Virus record (IMG/VR): IMGVR_UViG_3300007643_000211
Span: 3,099-67,098 of that record
Length of the DNA stretch: 64,000 nucleotides
Origin: a virus
Strand: one strand, 5' to 3'
Both the position numbers and the translations under genes were made by a program. Below, one piece after another: positions 56,344 through 64,000 of this stretch. The notes under the pieces were generated by a model that saw only the letters and a program-made list of their open reading frames with translations, was not told the DNA's origin and did not search any database. Positions within the stretch are counted from its first letter, which is position 1, and every line of letters begins with the position of its first letter.

Positions 56344-56611
56344 GCCAGAAAGCGAGGATGATGTGAGCACGACTATTCTTGGCGACGTATTTCAGCAACC
56401 GACACCGCAAGCAAAGCAAGGTCTATCAACACTCGCAGCAATCGGAATCGGCCTTGCAGCAGCAGGCATTCCAGTGGCGGGCGTCGGTGGATTCGTGCTT
56501 TCACAGATGCTCGAAAAATCGGAACCAACTCAAGTTATCGATACTAATACAGACGAGACTGTGAGCATCGGTCTCGGTCGAATTGAAGACTACATCAAGG
56601 AAGAAAATTAA
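56159..56611 (+). CDS. Hypothetical single-TM membrane protein
   Basis: LSTLAAIGIGLAAAGIPVAGVGGFVL TM; AAGGTG SD. Confidence 0.55.
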   Translation: MASTAQSTQSWKTRTTDFFNKKGRLNLWANLIGVQSLQDSQAENLKNQQAENQWYRKQMGYEPESEDDVSTTILGDVFQQPTPQAKQGLSTLAAIGIGLAAAGIPVAGVGGFVLSQMLEKSEPTQVIDTNTDETVSIGLGRIEDYIKEEN

Positions 56612-56612
56612 G

Positions 56613-57182
56613 ATGCCAGCGGCAACGAAAGAAGTGTCAGGAGAACATGTTACAAGGGCGGAGTTCCGCGCGTTTAGCGAGAACATTAACTCCGCGTTTG
56701 AATCATTGGATCGGAATCTCCGAGAGCATAATCGCAAGACTGATCAGAGCATATCAGAATTGCATCAGCGGCATGATCAATCAAGACAAACTAACTGGGG
56801 TGTTATCGCAGCTTGGTCAACTGTCGTCGTTGCTATTCTCGGTTCTGTTGTCGGACTCGCTGGCACACTCGCATACAATCAGTTCGGCGCATCCGAGAAG
56901 CTGAGCGTACTGCGCGACGAGGCGCTACTTGCACAGATCGAAGGATTGCGATCTGGCAATAACCGATGGACGCGAGGGGACCAAGACCGTTTCGCGGATC
57001 AATTAGCAGCGCACCAATTACGACAAGATAACGACATAGAAGACCACACCGAAGACCTTGCGAGATTGCAGACATCCGTCGAGGTGTATCGCGACGAGCT
57101 TGCCCGTCGTGGTAACTGGATTGATGAGGCTTCGGAGAAGATTGACCGGCTCGATGAGCTGGTGAGAAGCAAGCGGGAGTAA
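56613..57182 (+). CDS. Single-TM coiled-coil protein (lysis/spanin-like position)
   Basis: TNWGVIAAWSTVVVAILGSVVGLAG flanked by heptad-rich regions. Confidence 0.55.
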   Translation: MPAATKEVSGEHVTRAEFRAFSENINSAFESLDRNLREHNRKTDQSISELHQRHDQSRQTNWGVIAAWSTVVVAILGSVVGLAGTLAYNQFGASEKLSVLRDEALLAQIEGLRSGNNRWTRGDQDRFADQLAAHQLRQDNDIEDHTEDLARLQTSVEVYRDELARRGNWIDEASEKIDRLDELVRSKRE

Positions 57183-57192
57183 TCCAGTAAGC

Positions 57193-57229
57193 CACCTTAC
57201 AGGATTAAGCAGCACCTTACAGGATTAAG
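57193..57229 (+). repeat. 17-bp tandem direct repeat CACCTTACAGGATTAAG (period 20)
   Basis: Copies at 57193 and 57213 in intergenic gap. Confidence 0.85.
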
Positions 57230-57247
57230 ATTAACGGCGGAGATTTC

Positions 57248-57982
57248 ATGGCTATCCGAAACACAAATCGTATCGGCCCAACCCCAACTGGCGGCGGCGG
57301 AACAGAAACAGCAGAGGACCGATTATACAGCCTGCTCACCGACGCCAGTGCGGACATTCTCGGCGAATGGCGAGCGGATGACATGGGTTCGCCTGCTGAT
57401 GCAACGGCGGTATCGTCTTGGTCGCCAACATCGCGGAGTACGTACACATCTGACTTTGCACAAGCGACTGGAACCAAGCAGCCTATCTATCGGGCGGATT
57501 ATAATTCGAGCGGGCAGCCGGGGGTTGAGTTCGATGGCGTTGATGATTGGATGGCGACGGCATTCGATGAGACCGATACATCATTCATTATGATCATGTT
57601 GGAGCGCGCGACTGTGGCGGCAAGTAAGCGCCCTGCGTCTTGGTCAGGCTCATTTTTCGAAGGATTGCTAACGAACAGTTCCGGCGAAGGGTTTACCACA
57701 ACTGGAAACCCTTCCGTCTTCTTTGACGATCGGAATCGTCTTGCCGTTGGGGTTTGGTACGAGCCTGGCGAGATTCACATTGCGACGGACTCAACGGGGA
57801 TATCTAAGACCTATACTCTCGCAGGCACCCCATCGGGAGATCTCGTTCTGGGTGCGTTCTGGAGTAAAACCCTAGGCTTCATGGACGGGGCTTACATGCA
57901 CGCATTGGCTGGCGATGGATTAACAAGGTACGAGTTCACGCGGGGGTTAAAGCACATGGCGGAAATGTGGGGTGCGGAATGA
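57248..57982 (+). CDS. LamG/concanavalin-like virion-associated protein
   Basis: GEWRADD, QATGTKQP.Y, PGVEFDGVDDWM pattern. Confidence 0.55.
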   Translation: MAIRNTNRIGPTPTGGGGTETAEDRLYSLLTDASADILGEWRADDMGSPADATAVSSWSPTSRSTYTSDFAQATGTKQPIYRADYNSSGQPGVEFDGVDDWMATAFDETDTSFIMIMLERATVAASKRPASWSGSFFEGLLTNSSGEGFTTTGNPSVFFDDRNRLAVGVWYEPGEIHIATDSTGISKTYTLAGTPSGDLVLGAFWSKTLGFMDGAYMHALAGDGLTRYEFTRGLKHMAEMWGAE

Positions 57983-59694
57983 GTTTTGTAATACCTGGAC
58001 AAACTGTTCGTGTTGCATTTTCAACAGGACCAACCGACGCACCGGCAGTCGATGCGGACTCAACTCCAAGTGCTGTCCTGCGTCGCAACGGATCGGCGTC
58101 AGGCGAGACTGTGACAGTCACGGATATTGGCGCAGGCCTGTACGAGGCATCGTTTGCAATTCCGTCATCAGGGTGGGCGTCGGGTGATTCACTCACGCTG
58201 GTTATCACGGCGGTGATCTCGTCGGAAACCTTCGTTGAGCCGCATCCATGGACGGCGACAGTATTTGATCCACCGCCAACGGTCGAGGAGTTCGAAGCAC
58301 GGACCTTGCTGTCTGCGAGTTATTTAACATCACTTGGCGGGACTGCACCAACAGGATGGATCAACGCAGCATCGGTCGCAGACAGTGCGCTCGATGGCAA
58401 GGGCGATTGGTCGATGACTGATGCGCCAACGGCAGCGGAGATATGGGGGCACGCAACGCGAACACTGACGGCATTTGCTTTCGACGTTAATCTCAATAAC
58501 GATCAGAGTGGCGTGACAATTGGAACCGTTAATGCGGTACCAGGAACGGTTGCAACGACTGCGAATCAAGCGGCAATTGCGACGCACCTAACTGATATCA
58601 AGGGCACGTCATTTGTCAAAGATACGCACTCACTGACGGACATCACCGAGGACGTCACCGGACTCGACGGGGCCGCAATGCGCGGGACCAATGGTGCTTA
58701 CACTGGTACACCGGGGACGCCATTAACAGCGGCGGGGATACGTACAGCGATTGGACTAGCGGCGGCGAATCTGGACGATCAGTTAGTTGGCGTCTCCAAC
58801 GTCACCGACAAGCTAAACGACACACTTGAAGACAACGGTGGAACTCATCGATTTACTGACGACGCACTTGCCGAGGCACCAACTGGTTCAGGTGGTGGCG
58901 GGGACGCAACGGCAACGAATCAGACAGCAATTATCGCAGCGATCAACAACCTCAACAATCTCAACTCAACGGCAGTGCAAGCGGCGTGTGCGTCGGCAAT
59001 CACAACATACGATCCACCAACGCGGACCGAAGCGACGGCGGATAAAAATGAGATTCTGACTCGTGGTGGCAACGGACCATGGACGCCGGGAAGCGGTGGC
59101 AGTGGAAGTAGTCCAACAGGACCACACACAGTCGTGATTACCGTCACAGACGAGGACGGTGCACCAATCCAGAATGCTCTTCTCGGACTTGTCGAGGGCA
59201 TCAATTCATACAGCTTCCTGACTGATTCACTGGGGCAAGTTTCGGTCTCATTAAGCCAAGCGACGTGGTATGTATCGCTTTTCAAGGATGGGTTCACGCC
59301 ACGAACTGCTATCTCACTTGCGGTCAATGGAGGTGTCACGATCACCTACGAAATGGAACGAACAGTCTACGCACCGAACGCCGATCCTGCTCTTGTGAAC
59401 TGCGAATACACGGTCTTAGTCGACGGTCAACTCCAAGCCAATGAGTCGGTCTACTTAGCAATTCACTCAGCGCCAATCGAGGGCGATAACTCGACGGGAA
59501 TCGCCATTCTCGATGAACGCACACTGACGAGTAACGAATCAGGAATTGCTGTTGTCAACAATCTCGTCAAGGGCGCAGCGTACTCACTGCGAGTTGGTTC
59601 AGCGTCCAGCAAAGAATGGGTGTTCCGCGTTCCCATTGACGCTGATGATTCGGTGTCGCGAGCAAAGATTAATTCGTTCGTGGGGATCTCATGA
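57979..59694 (+). CDS. Large Thr/Ala/Gly-rich virion-like protein with Ig-like domains
   Basis: AAEIWGHATRTLT; TVTDEDGAPIQNA...TDSLGQV carboxypeptidase-regulatory-like fold. Confidence 0.55.
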   Translation: MSFVIPGQTVRVAFSTGPTDAPAVDADSTPSAVLRRNGSASGETVTVTDIGAGLYEASFAIPSSGWASGDSLTLVITAVISSETFVEPHPWTATVFDPPPTVEEFEARTLLSASYLTSLGGTAPTGWINAASVADSALDGKGDWSMTDAPTAAEIWGHATRTLTAFAFDVNLNNDQSGVTIGTVNAVPGTVATTANQAAIATHLTDIKGTSFVKDTHSLTDITEDVTGLDGAAMRGTNGAYTGTPGTPLTAAGIRTAIGLAAANLDDQLVGVSNVTDKLNDTLEDNGGTHRFTDDALAEAPTGSGGGGDATATNQTAIIAAINNLNNLNSTAVQAACASAITTYDPPTRTEATADKNEILTRGGNGPWTPGSGGSGSSPTGPHTVVITVTDEDGAPIQNALLGLVEGINSYSFLTDSLGQVSVSLSQATWYVSLFKDGFTPRTAISLAVNGGVTITYEMERTVYAPNADPALVNCEYTVLVDGQLQANESVYLAIHSAPIEGDNSTGIAILDERTLTSNESGIAVVNNLVKGAAYSLRVGSASSKEWVFRVPIDADDSVSRAKINSFVGIS

Positions 59695-60308
59695 CAACCC
59701 CGACATCGATCCCAACATCCGTAGAACTGGAGTCTGGCCAGGTAGTTCAACTGACACCAACACAGATCACATTCCTCACTGCGTTTCGAGAAAACGGATG
59801 CGTCACTCGTGCAGCAGAAGCGGCTTCGATCACGCGCGGAAATCACTACCGTTGGCTCGGCGGCAAGCATCCCGGGTACGAGGTTGCATTCGAAGAAATC
59901 CGACACGCGACGATCGATGACCTTGAACTCGCAGCACGACGGCGAGCCATTGAAGGGACGCGGAAGTACAAGTTCACTCGCGAAGGAACGCCGGTCCTGA
60001 AGCCGGGGGCCAGTGCCGACGATCCAGACCCGTATTACTACGAGACCGTCTACTCAGACCGACTCTTGGAACTGCTCTTGAGAGCGCACCGACCAGAGCG
60101 ATTTACGCAAAAAATGTCCCAAGAAATCAGCGGCCCAGAGGGTGGTCCGTTGGAAGTTGTCAACGCGATGCGGCAAGTCGCTGTTGCCAATCCAGATTTA
60201 TCCGAATCCATGTGTCAGGCACTCGAAAATGTCTCCAACTCAGGTAACTCAGGCATCCCACTTAGTGGCAGCGACGGGGACACCAGCGGGTTTGGCGTGG
60301 ACGATTAA
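59691..60308 (+). CDS. Terminase small subunit
   Basis: QITFL.AF...G.VTRAAEAASI.R..HY.W; DDLELAARRRAIEG; YSDRLLELLL. Confidence 0.8.
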   Translation: MTTPTSIPTSVELESGQVVQLTPTQITFLTAFRENGCVTRAAEAASITRGNHYRWLGGKHPGYEVAFEEIRHATIDDLELAARRRAIEGTRKYKFTREGTPVLKPGASADDPDPYYYETVYSDRLLELLLRAHRPERFTQKMSQEISGPEGGPLEVVNAMRQVAVANPDLSESMCQALENVSNSGNSGIPLSGSDGDTSGFGVDD

Positions 60309-61653
60309 CGAGGGCCGGTATTCACTAGCCCCTCACATCCACTTCATGAACCGTGCGCTGGTTGATCTCGCAGCTGGTCGCAAGCGTCGGCTGATGATCT
60401 TCATGCCACCACGGCACGGGAAATCGGAGCTATGCAGCAAGCACTTTCCCGCTTGGTATCTTGGCACGTTCCCCGATCGGCGGGTGATGTTGACGTCGTA
60501 TGAAGCTGGTTTCGCGTCAAGCTGGGGGCGCAAGTCTCGTGATATCCTTGAAGCCTACGGGCCGTCGCTGTTTGGTTGCCAAGTCTCTTCACGCACATCG
60601 GCGGCGGATAACTGGGAGCTTGCTGGGCTTGGTGGCGGGATGGTCACCAGTGGTATTGGTGGTCCACTGACAGGTCGTGGTTGCAATCTACTCATCATTG
60701 ATGACCCAGTGAAAAACGCGGAGGAATCGCTCTCGCCAACCATTCGCGAAAAGCACTGGGACTGGTTTCAGTCAACGGCTCATTCTCGCATCGAGCCGGA
60801 TGGTTCCGCACTTGTCATGATGACCCGCTGGCACCCGGAGGACTTGGCTGGGAAAATCCTGAAAGAGATGCCGGGTGAATGGGAGGTCATCAGCCTGCCC
60901 GCGATCGCAAAAGATGCGGACCCAATGGGCCGACAACCGGGCGAAGCCCTGTGGCCTGAGCGTTGGCCTATTGAGAAACTGCGAGAGATCAAGAACAGCA
61001 TTGATGGCTACTGGTGGAACGCTCTTTACGATCAAGTGCCAAGCCGTCACGGTCGATTCGAGTGGCCTGACGAATACTTCTCCGATGTGTGGGTTGATGA
61101 TTCTCAGTGGCCTCAGACGTTTGGCCTGCGGATCATTTCCGTTGATCCGTCGAAGGGAAAAGACGCCCGCAAGGGTGACTACTCCGCGATCGTCGCACTC
61201 GGATTGCAGGACGGGAAATTGTGGATTGATTCCAGCCTCGAGCGAAGGCCCGTTGATCAGATCGTGCGCGACGTCATCAGCACTCAACAGCAGTTCAACG
61301 CATTGGCAATCGGCGTCGAGAGCAATCAGTTTCAAGAGCTGATTGGGCCAGAAATCACGCGAGTTGCAGCCGAACAAGGCGGCATGATGCCAATGCCGCT
61401 GTACATGATTAATAACACAGTCAACAAGGAACTTCGCATCGGTCGGTTGGGTCCATACCTTGCCAGACGTGAGATCAAGTTCCGCGACACACCGGGCAAC
61501 CGGTTGCTGGTATCACAGTTGAAAGAGTTCCCGAATGGAAGCCATGACGATGGGCCTGATGGTCTGGAAATGGCAATCCGTCTCGGAGTTGAAATTCAAG
61601 GTGGTCAGGTTATCGACGATGGCCTCGGTCATGATTTAATAGGAGCGGCGTAA
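60229..61653 (+). CDS. Terminase large subunit (Terminase_6 family)
   Basis: MPPRHGKS, LIIDDP, MTRWH, SVDPS..GDYSA, HDDGPD; likely start ATG 60229. Confidence 0.93.
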   Translation: MSPTQVTQASHLVAATGTPAGLAWTINEGRYSLAPHIHFMNRALVDLAAGRKRRLMIFMPPRHGKSELCSKHFPAWYLGTFPDRRVMLTSYEAGFASSWGRKSRDILEAYGPSLFGCQVSSRTSAADNWELAGLGGGMVTSGIGGPLTGRGCNLLIIDDPVKNAEESLSPTIREKHWDWFQSTAHSRIEPDGSALVMMTRWHPEDLAGKILKEMPGEWEVISLPAIAKDADPMGRQPGEALWPERWPIEKLREIKNSIDGYWWNALYDQVPSRHGRFEWPDEYFSDVWVDDSQWPQTFGLRIISVDPSKGKDARKGDYSAIVALGLQDGKLWIDSSLERRPVDQIVRDVISTQQQFNALAIGVESNQFQELIGPEITRVAAEQGGMMPMPLYMINNTVNKELRIGRLGPYLARREIKFRDTPGNRLLVSQLKEFPNGSHDDGPDGLEMAIRLGVEIQGGQVIDDGLGHDLIGAA

Positions 61654-63191
61654 TGTCATTAGAAATCGCACTCGAATCTTTCATTGCAGTACAAGCTGGG
61701 ATGAACAGACAACTCACAAAGGTGATCGAGAATTGGGCAGAGCAGTCCAACATGATCAACCCGCAAGACGCGTACATGGGACCAGATGGTGAGCCGTGGA
61801 TACCACTCTCCGGTGGCGGTGTGAACCAGCAAAGCCAAGTTTACCGCAACGATGGCGATCTCGATCGCGTGCGTGGTTTAACGAGATGGCTTGCGGCGGA
61901 AAACACGTTCGCGAAAAACTCGCACTCGAACCGGATCAACTACATCGTTGGCTGGGGTCACACCTACACCGTGATGGAAAAGCCAGATGTTGATATCAGC
62001 GACGATGACCTTCAATCCGTTCGCGATGTCGTTGATGAATTCTTAAAAGTCAACCTGTGGTCGCCATCGTATATCACTGGTGAGCATCAAGTTTCGGGGC
62101 GAATGAACTGGGGGTTCAGGCAACACCAGAACGTCACACGGCAAGACCGTGACGGCGAAGCGATCATTCGTAAATTCCGCCACGAAGATGGCATCCTGCG
62201 ATTGCGATATATCGAGTCTTACGCGATGCGGAACCCGTCGCACACTGTGTCGGGGAACATCAAGTACGGTATTGAAACCGACCCTGACGACGAAGAAACG
62301 ATCCTGCGATACTGGGTCAACGACATCCCGATTGAGGCCAGTGAGATCCAGCATCGCACCCGCGACGGGTCACCTGACCACCCGCGTGGAGTTCCGATCC
62401 ACTACACGTGCCGCAAGAATCTCGTCCGTGCTGATAAGCTGCTCCGGAACGGCTCGACAGTCACGGAAGTGCAGACCGCAATCGGAATGATCCGGAAACA
62501 CGCACAGGCAACGAAAACCGCTGTGGCTGCGTTCCAAGCGGGGCTGACAACAGACCGAAATGCAAGTAACGACGAGCCGAGACGTCAGCAATACAAGCCC
62601 GGTACGATTCTCGACGCGAACCAAGGGACTGAATACGAGTTCCCCGGAATGGGGATTGATCCCAGTAAGTACATTGCTTCGTTGTCCGCAGAATTGCGAG
62701 CGATTGCTGCATCATTGGTAATGCCAGAGTTCATGCTGACATCAGACGCGTCGAACTCAAACTTCGCGTCAACCATGGTCGCAGAAGGGCCAGCCTCGAA
62801 GAATTTCGAAAACCTTCAGTGGCATGAAATCGCCTACGATGTTTCGCTGATCTGGGATGCACTCAAATATGCTGCTGAGTCGAGACGTATCTCCCCTGCG
62901 GTATTGGACCTGATCGAAATCCAATCAGAAGCACCGATCGCACAAGCCCGTAACCGCCTCGAAGAATCGCAGGTGGCGCAGAATCTCAGTGGTCTCGGCT
63001 TACTGTCCCCTCAAACGGGATCGGCTCAATTCAGTCTGAGCTACGAACAGGAACAGGCGAACATCGACACCCACAACGAACGGAACGGACTGCCGATTTC
63101 CGGTGACCGTCCAGACCTGCCACCGATCCCAGGTGAAGACGATGACGATGTAGATGGTGACGTCGACGACGACGAACAGGATGACGACTAA
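61653..63191 (+). CDS. Portal protein
   Basis: Follows TerL; DRDGEA, RGVP, SDASNSNFAS; acidic tail. Confidence 0.85.
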   Translation: MSLEIALESFIAVQAGMNRQLTKVIENWAEQSNMINPQDAYMGPDGEPWIPLSGGGVNQQSQVYRNDGDLDRVRGLTRWLAAENTFAKNSHSNRINYIVGWGHTYTVMEKPDVDISDDDLQSVRDVVDEFLKVNLWSPSYITGEHQVSGRMNWGFRQHQNVTRQDRDGEAIIRKFRHEDGILRLRYIESYAMRNPSHTVSGNIKYGIETDPDDEETILRYWVNDIPIEASEIQHRTRDGSPDHPRGVPIHYTCRKNLVRADKLLRNGSTVTEVQTAIGMIRKHAQATKTAVAAFQAGLTTDRNASNDEPRRQQYKPGTILDANQGTEYEFPGMGIDPSKYIASLSAELRAIAASLVMPEFMLTSDASNSNFASTMVAEGPASKNFENLQWHEIAYDVSLIWDALKYAAESRRISPAVLDLIEIQSEAPIAQARNRLEESQVAQNLSGLGLLSPQTGSAQFSLSYEQEQANIDTHNERNGLPISGDRPDLPPIPGEDDDDVDGDVDDDEQDDD

Positions 63192-64000
63192 TGCCAGTTC
63201 AATCGCGCCTGCAAGCGGCGTTCGAGATCAAGCAGCACGAAGCGACGCTGCGCGCAGAGGGGATTGCGGATAAATGTGATCGCATCGTCCGTCGACAAGC
63301 ACGCCTTGCGTTGAGACTGATCAGCGACGACGATCAATTCGGATCACATCAGCGCGAAGCCGCCGACGCGTTTCGCGGCATGGTCGAAAAGTCCGCTGCG
63401 ATCATGGACAAGCAGTTCAAGCGGATGGCTTACTGGAGCTATGTCGATTCAGTTAAGGCGCTGACGAAGCACATTCCGCGACGCTGGTTCCGCGCGGTGA
63501 ATCCGATCACCGTAATGGTTGGCGAGAACGCAATGCTGCTGCCACCATCGAACGCATTCGCCGAGTTCCCGGAACCGGTTGTTGACAGAATGAGCGATGA
63601 CGAATGGGCTGATTTCGTCAAAGAACATGTATTCCCGCAACCATCAATCGAAGACATTGAACGGGTCGTTTACGCCGATGTCGCTGGGCAGAATTGGCAA
63701 GAGCGGATGGGGTCGTTGAGCCATAAGATTACCGACTTCGACCGACTCGCGGGAACGCTCACAGCGGGGGCGTCCCAAGGATTGAAGCTCTCGGAGTTGA
63801 CGGCACAGGTCGCGCCGATCGTCGGGAGTATATCATCGTCAGCGAAGCGAATCGCGAGAACTGAAGGTCTACGAATCGCCACAATGGTGCAGCGAGAGCA
63901 GTATTCGCAGCTTGGCGATTTACTGGCAGGCTCGCAGATTATTGCAACGCTCGATCAGAACACGAGGCCGCATCACGCGCATCGCAACGGTACGATATAC
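63191..64000 (+). CDS. Minor head morphogenesis protein (SPP1 gp7/Mu F-like), partial
   Basis: Manual translation from ATG 63191: AKRIARTE...IATLDQNTRPHH..RNGTIY; runs off right edge. Confidence 0.82.
   Translation, partial: MPVQSRLQAAFEIKQHEATLRAEGIADKCDRIVRRQARLALRLISDDDQFGSHQREAADAFRGMVEKSAAIMDKQFKRMAYWSYVDSVKALTKHIPRRWFRAVNPITVMVGENAMLLPPSNAFAEFPEPVVDRMSDDEWADFVKEHVFPQPSIEDIERVVYADVAGQNWQERMGSLSHKITDFDRLAGTLTAGASQGLKLSELTAQVAPIVGSISSSAKRIARTEGLRIATMVQREQYSQLGDLLAGSQIIATLDQNTRPHHAHRNGTIY

Larger units (their letters stand above)
44451..64000 (+). mobile_element. Prophage B (early-replication-lysis-packaging order), right end outside window
   Basis: Xis-like gene, phage early genes, DnaB, TerS/TerL, portal, minor head; exact left boundary uncertain. 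Confidence 0.85.

Overview
The window has no ordinary host housekeeping genes. It holds two different tailed-phage prophages that meet back to back at one tRNA-Pro(GGG) gene (44269-44342, minus strand). Gene content suggests a Planctomycetota host (inference). Prophage A (<1-44287, mostly minus strand) runs right to left: large serine recombinase ending inside the tRNA, two divergent sigma-70-like regulators, Sak4/SSB/RusA/SF2 helicase/prim-pol replication, a nucleotide-metabolism cluster, a ParB-N + DNA methylase, and a defence island (ApeA-like HEPN and a 1304-aa DSR1-like sirtuin). It continues with terminase, lambda-type portal, protease-capsid fusion, connectors, a protease-containing lysis-like cassette, tail tube, -1 frameshift chaperone and tape measure. 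It ends in a coupled glycan-modification operon (glycosyltransferases, 2OG-Fe(II) oxygenase, sulfotransferase, methyltransferase-GT fusion) that runs off the left edge. Prophage B (~44450->64000, plus strand) starts with att-like repeats and an Xis-like HTH gene. It then has early genes interleaved with structured non-coding segments, including a 178-nt tRNA-like RNA whose anticodon loop is replaced by a 113-nt hairpin-rich insert. CsrA, a C5 methyltransferase encoded in two overlapping frames, replication initiator/DnaB, a second secreted trypsin-like protease, terminase, portal and a minor head gene follow. All product calls come from motif recognition by eye; no database search was run.
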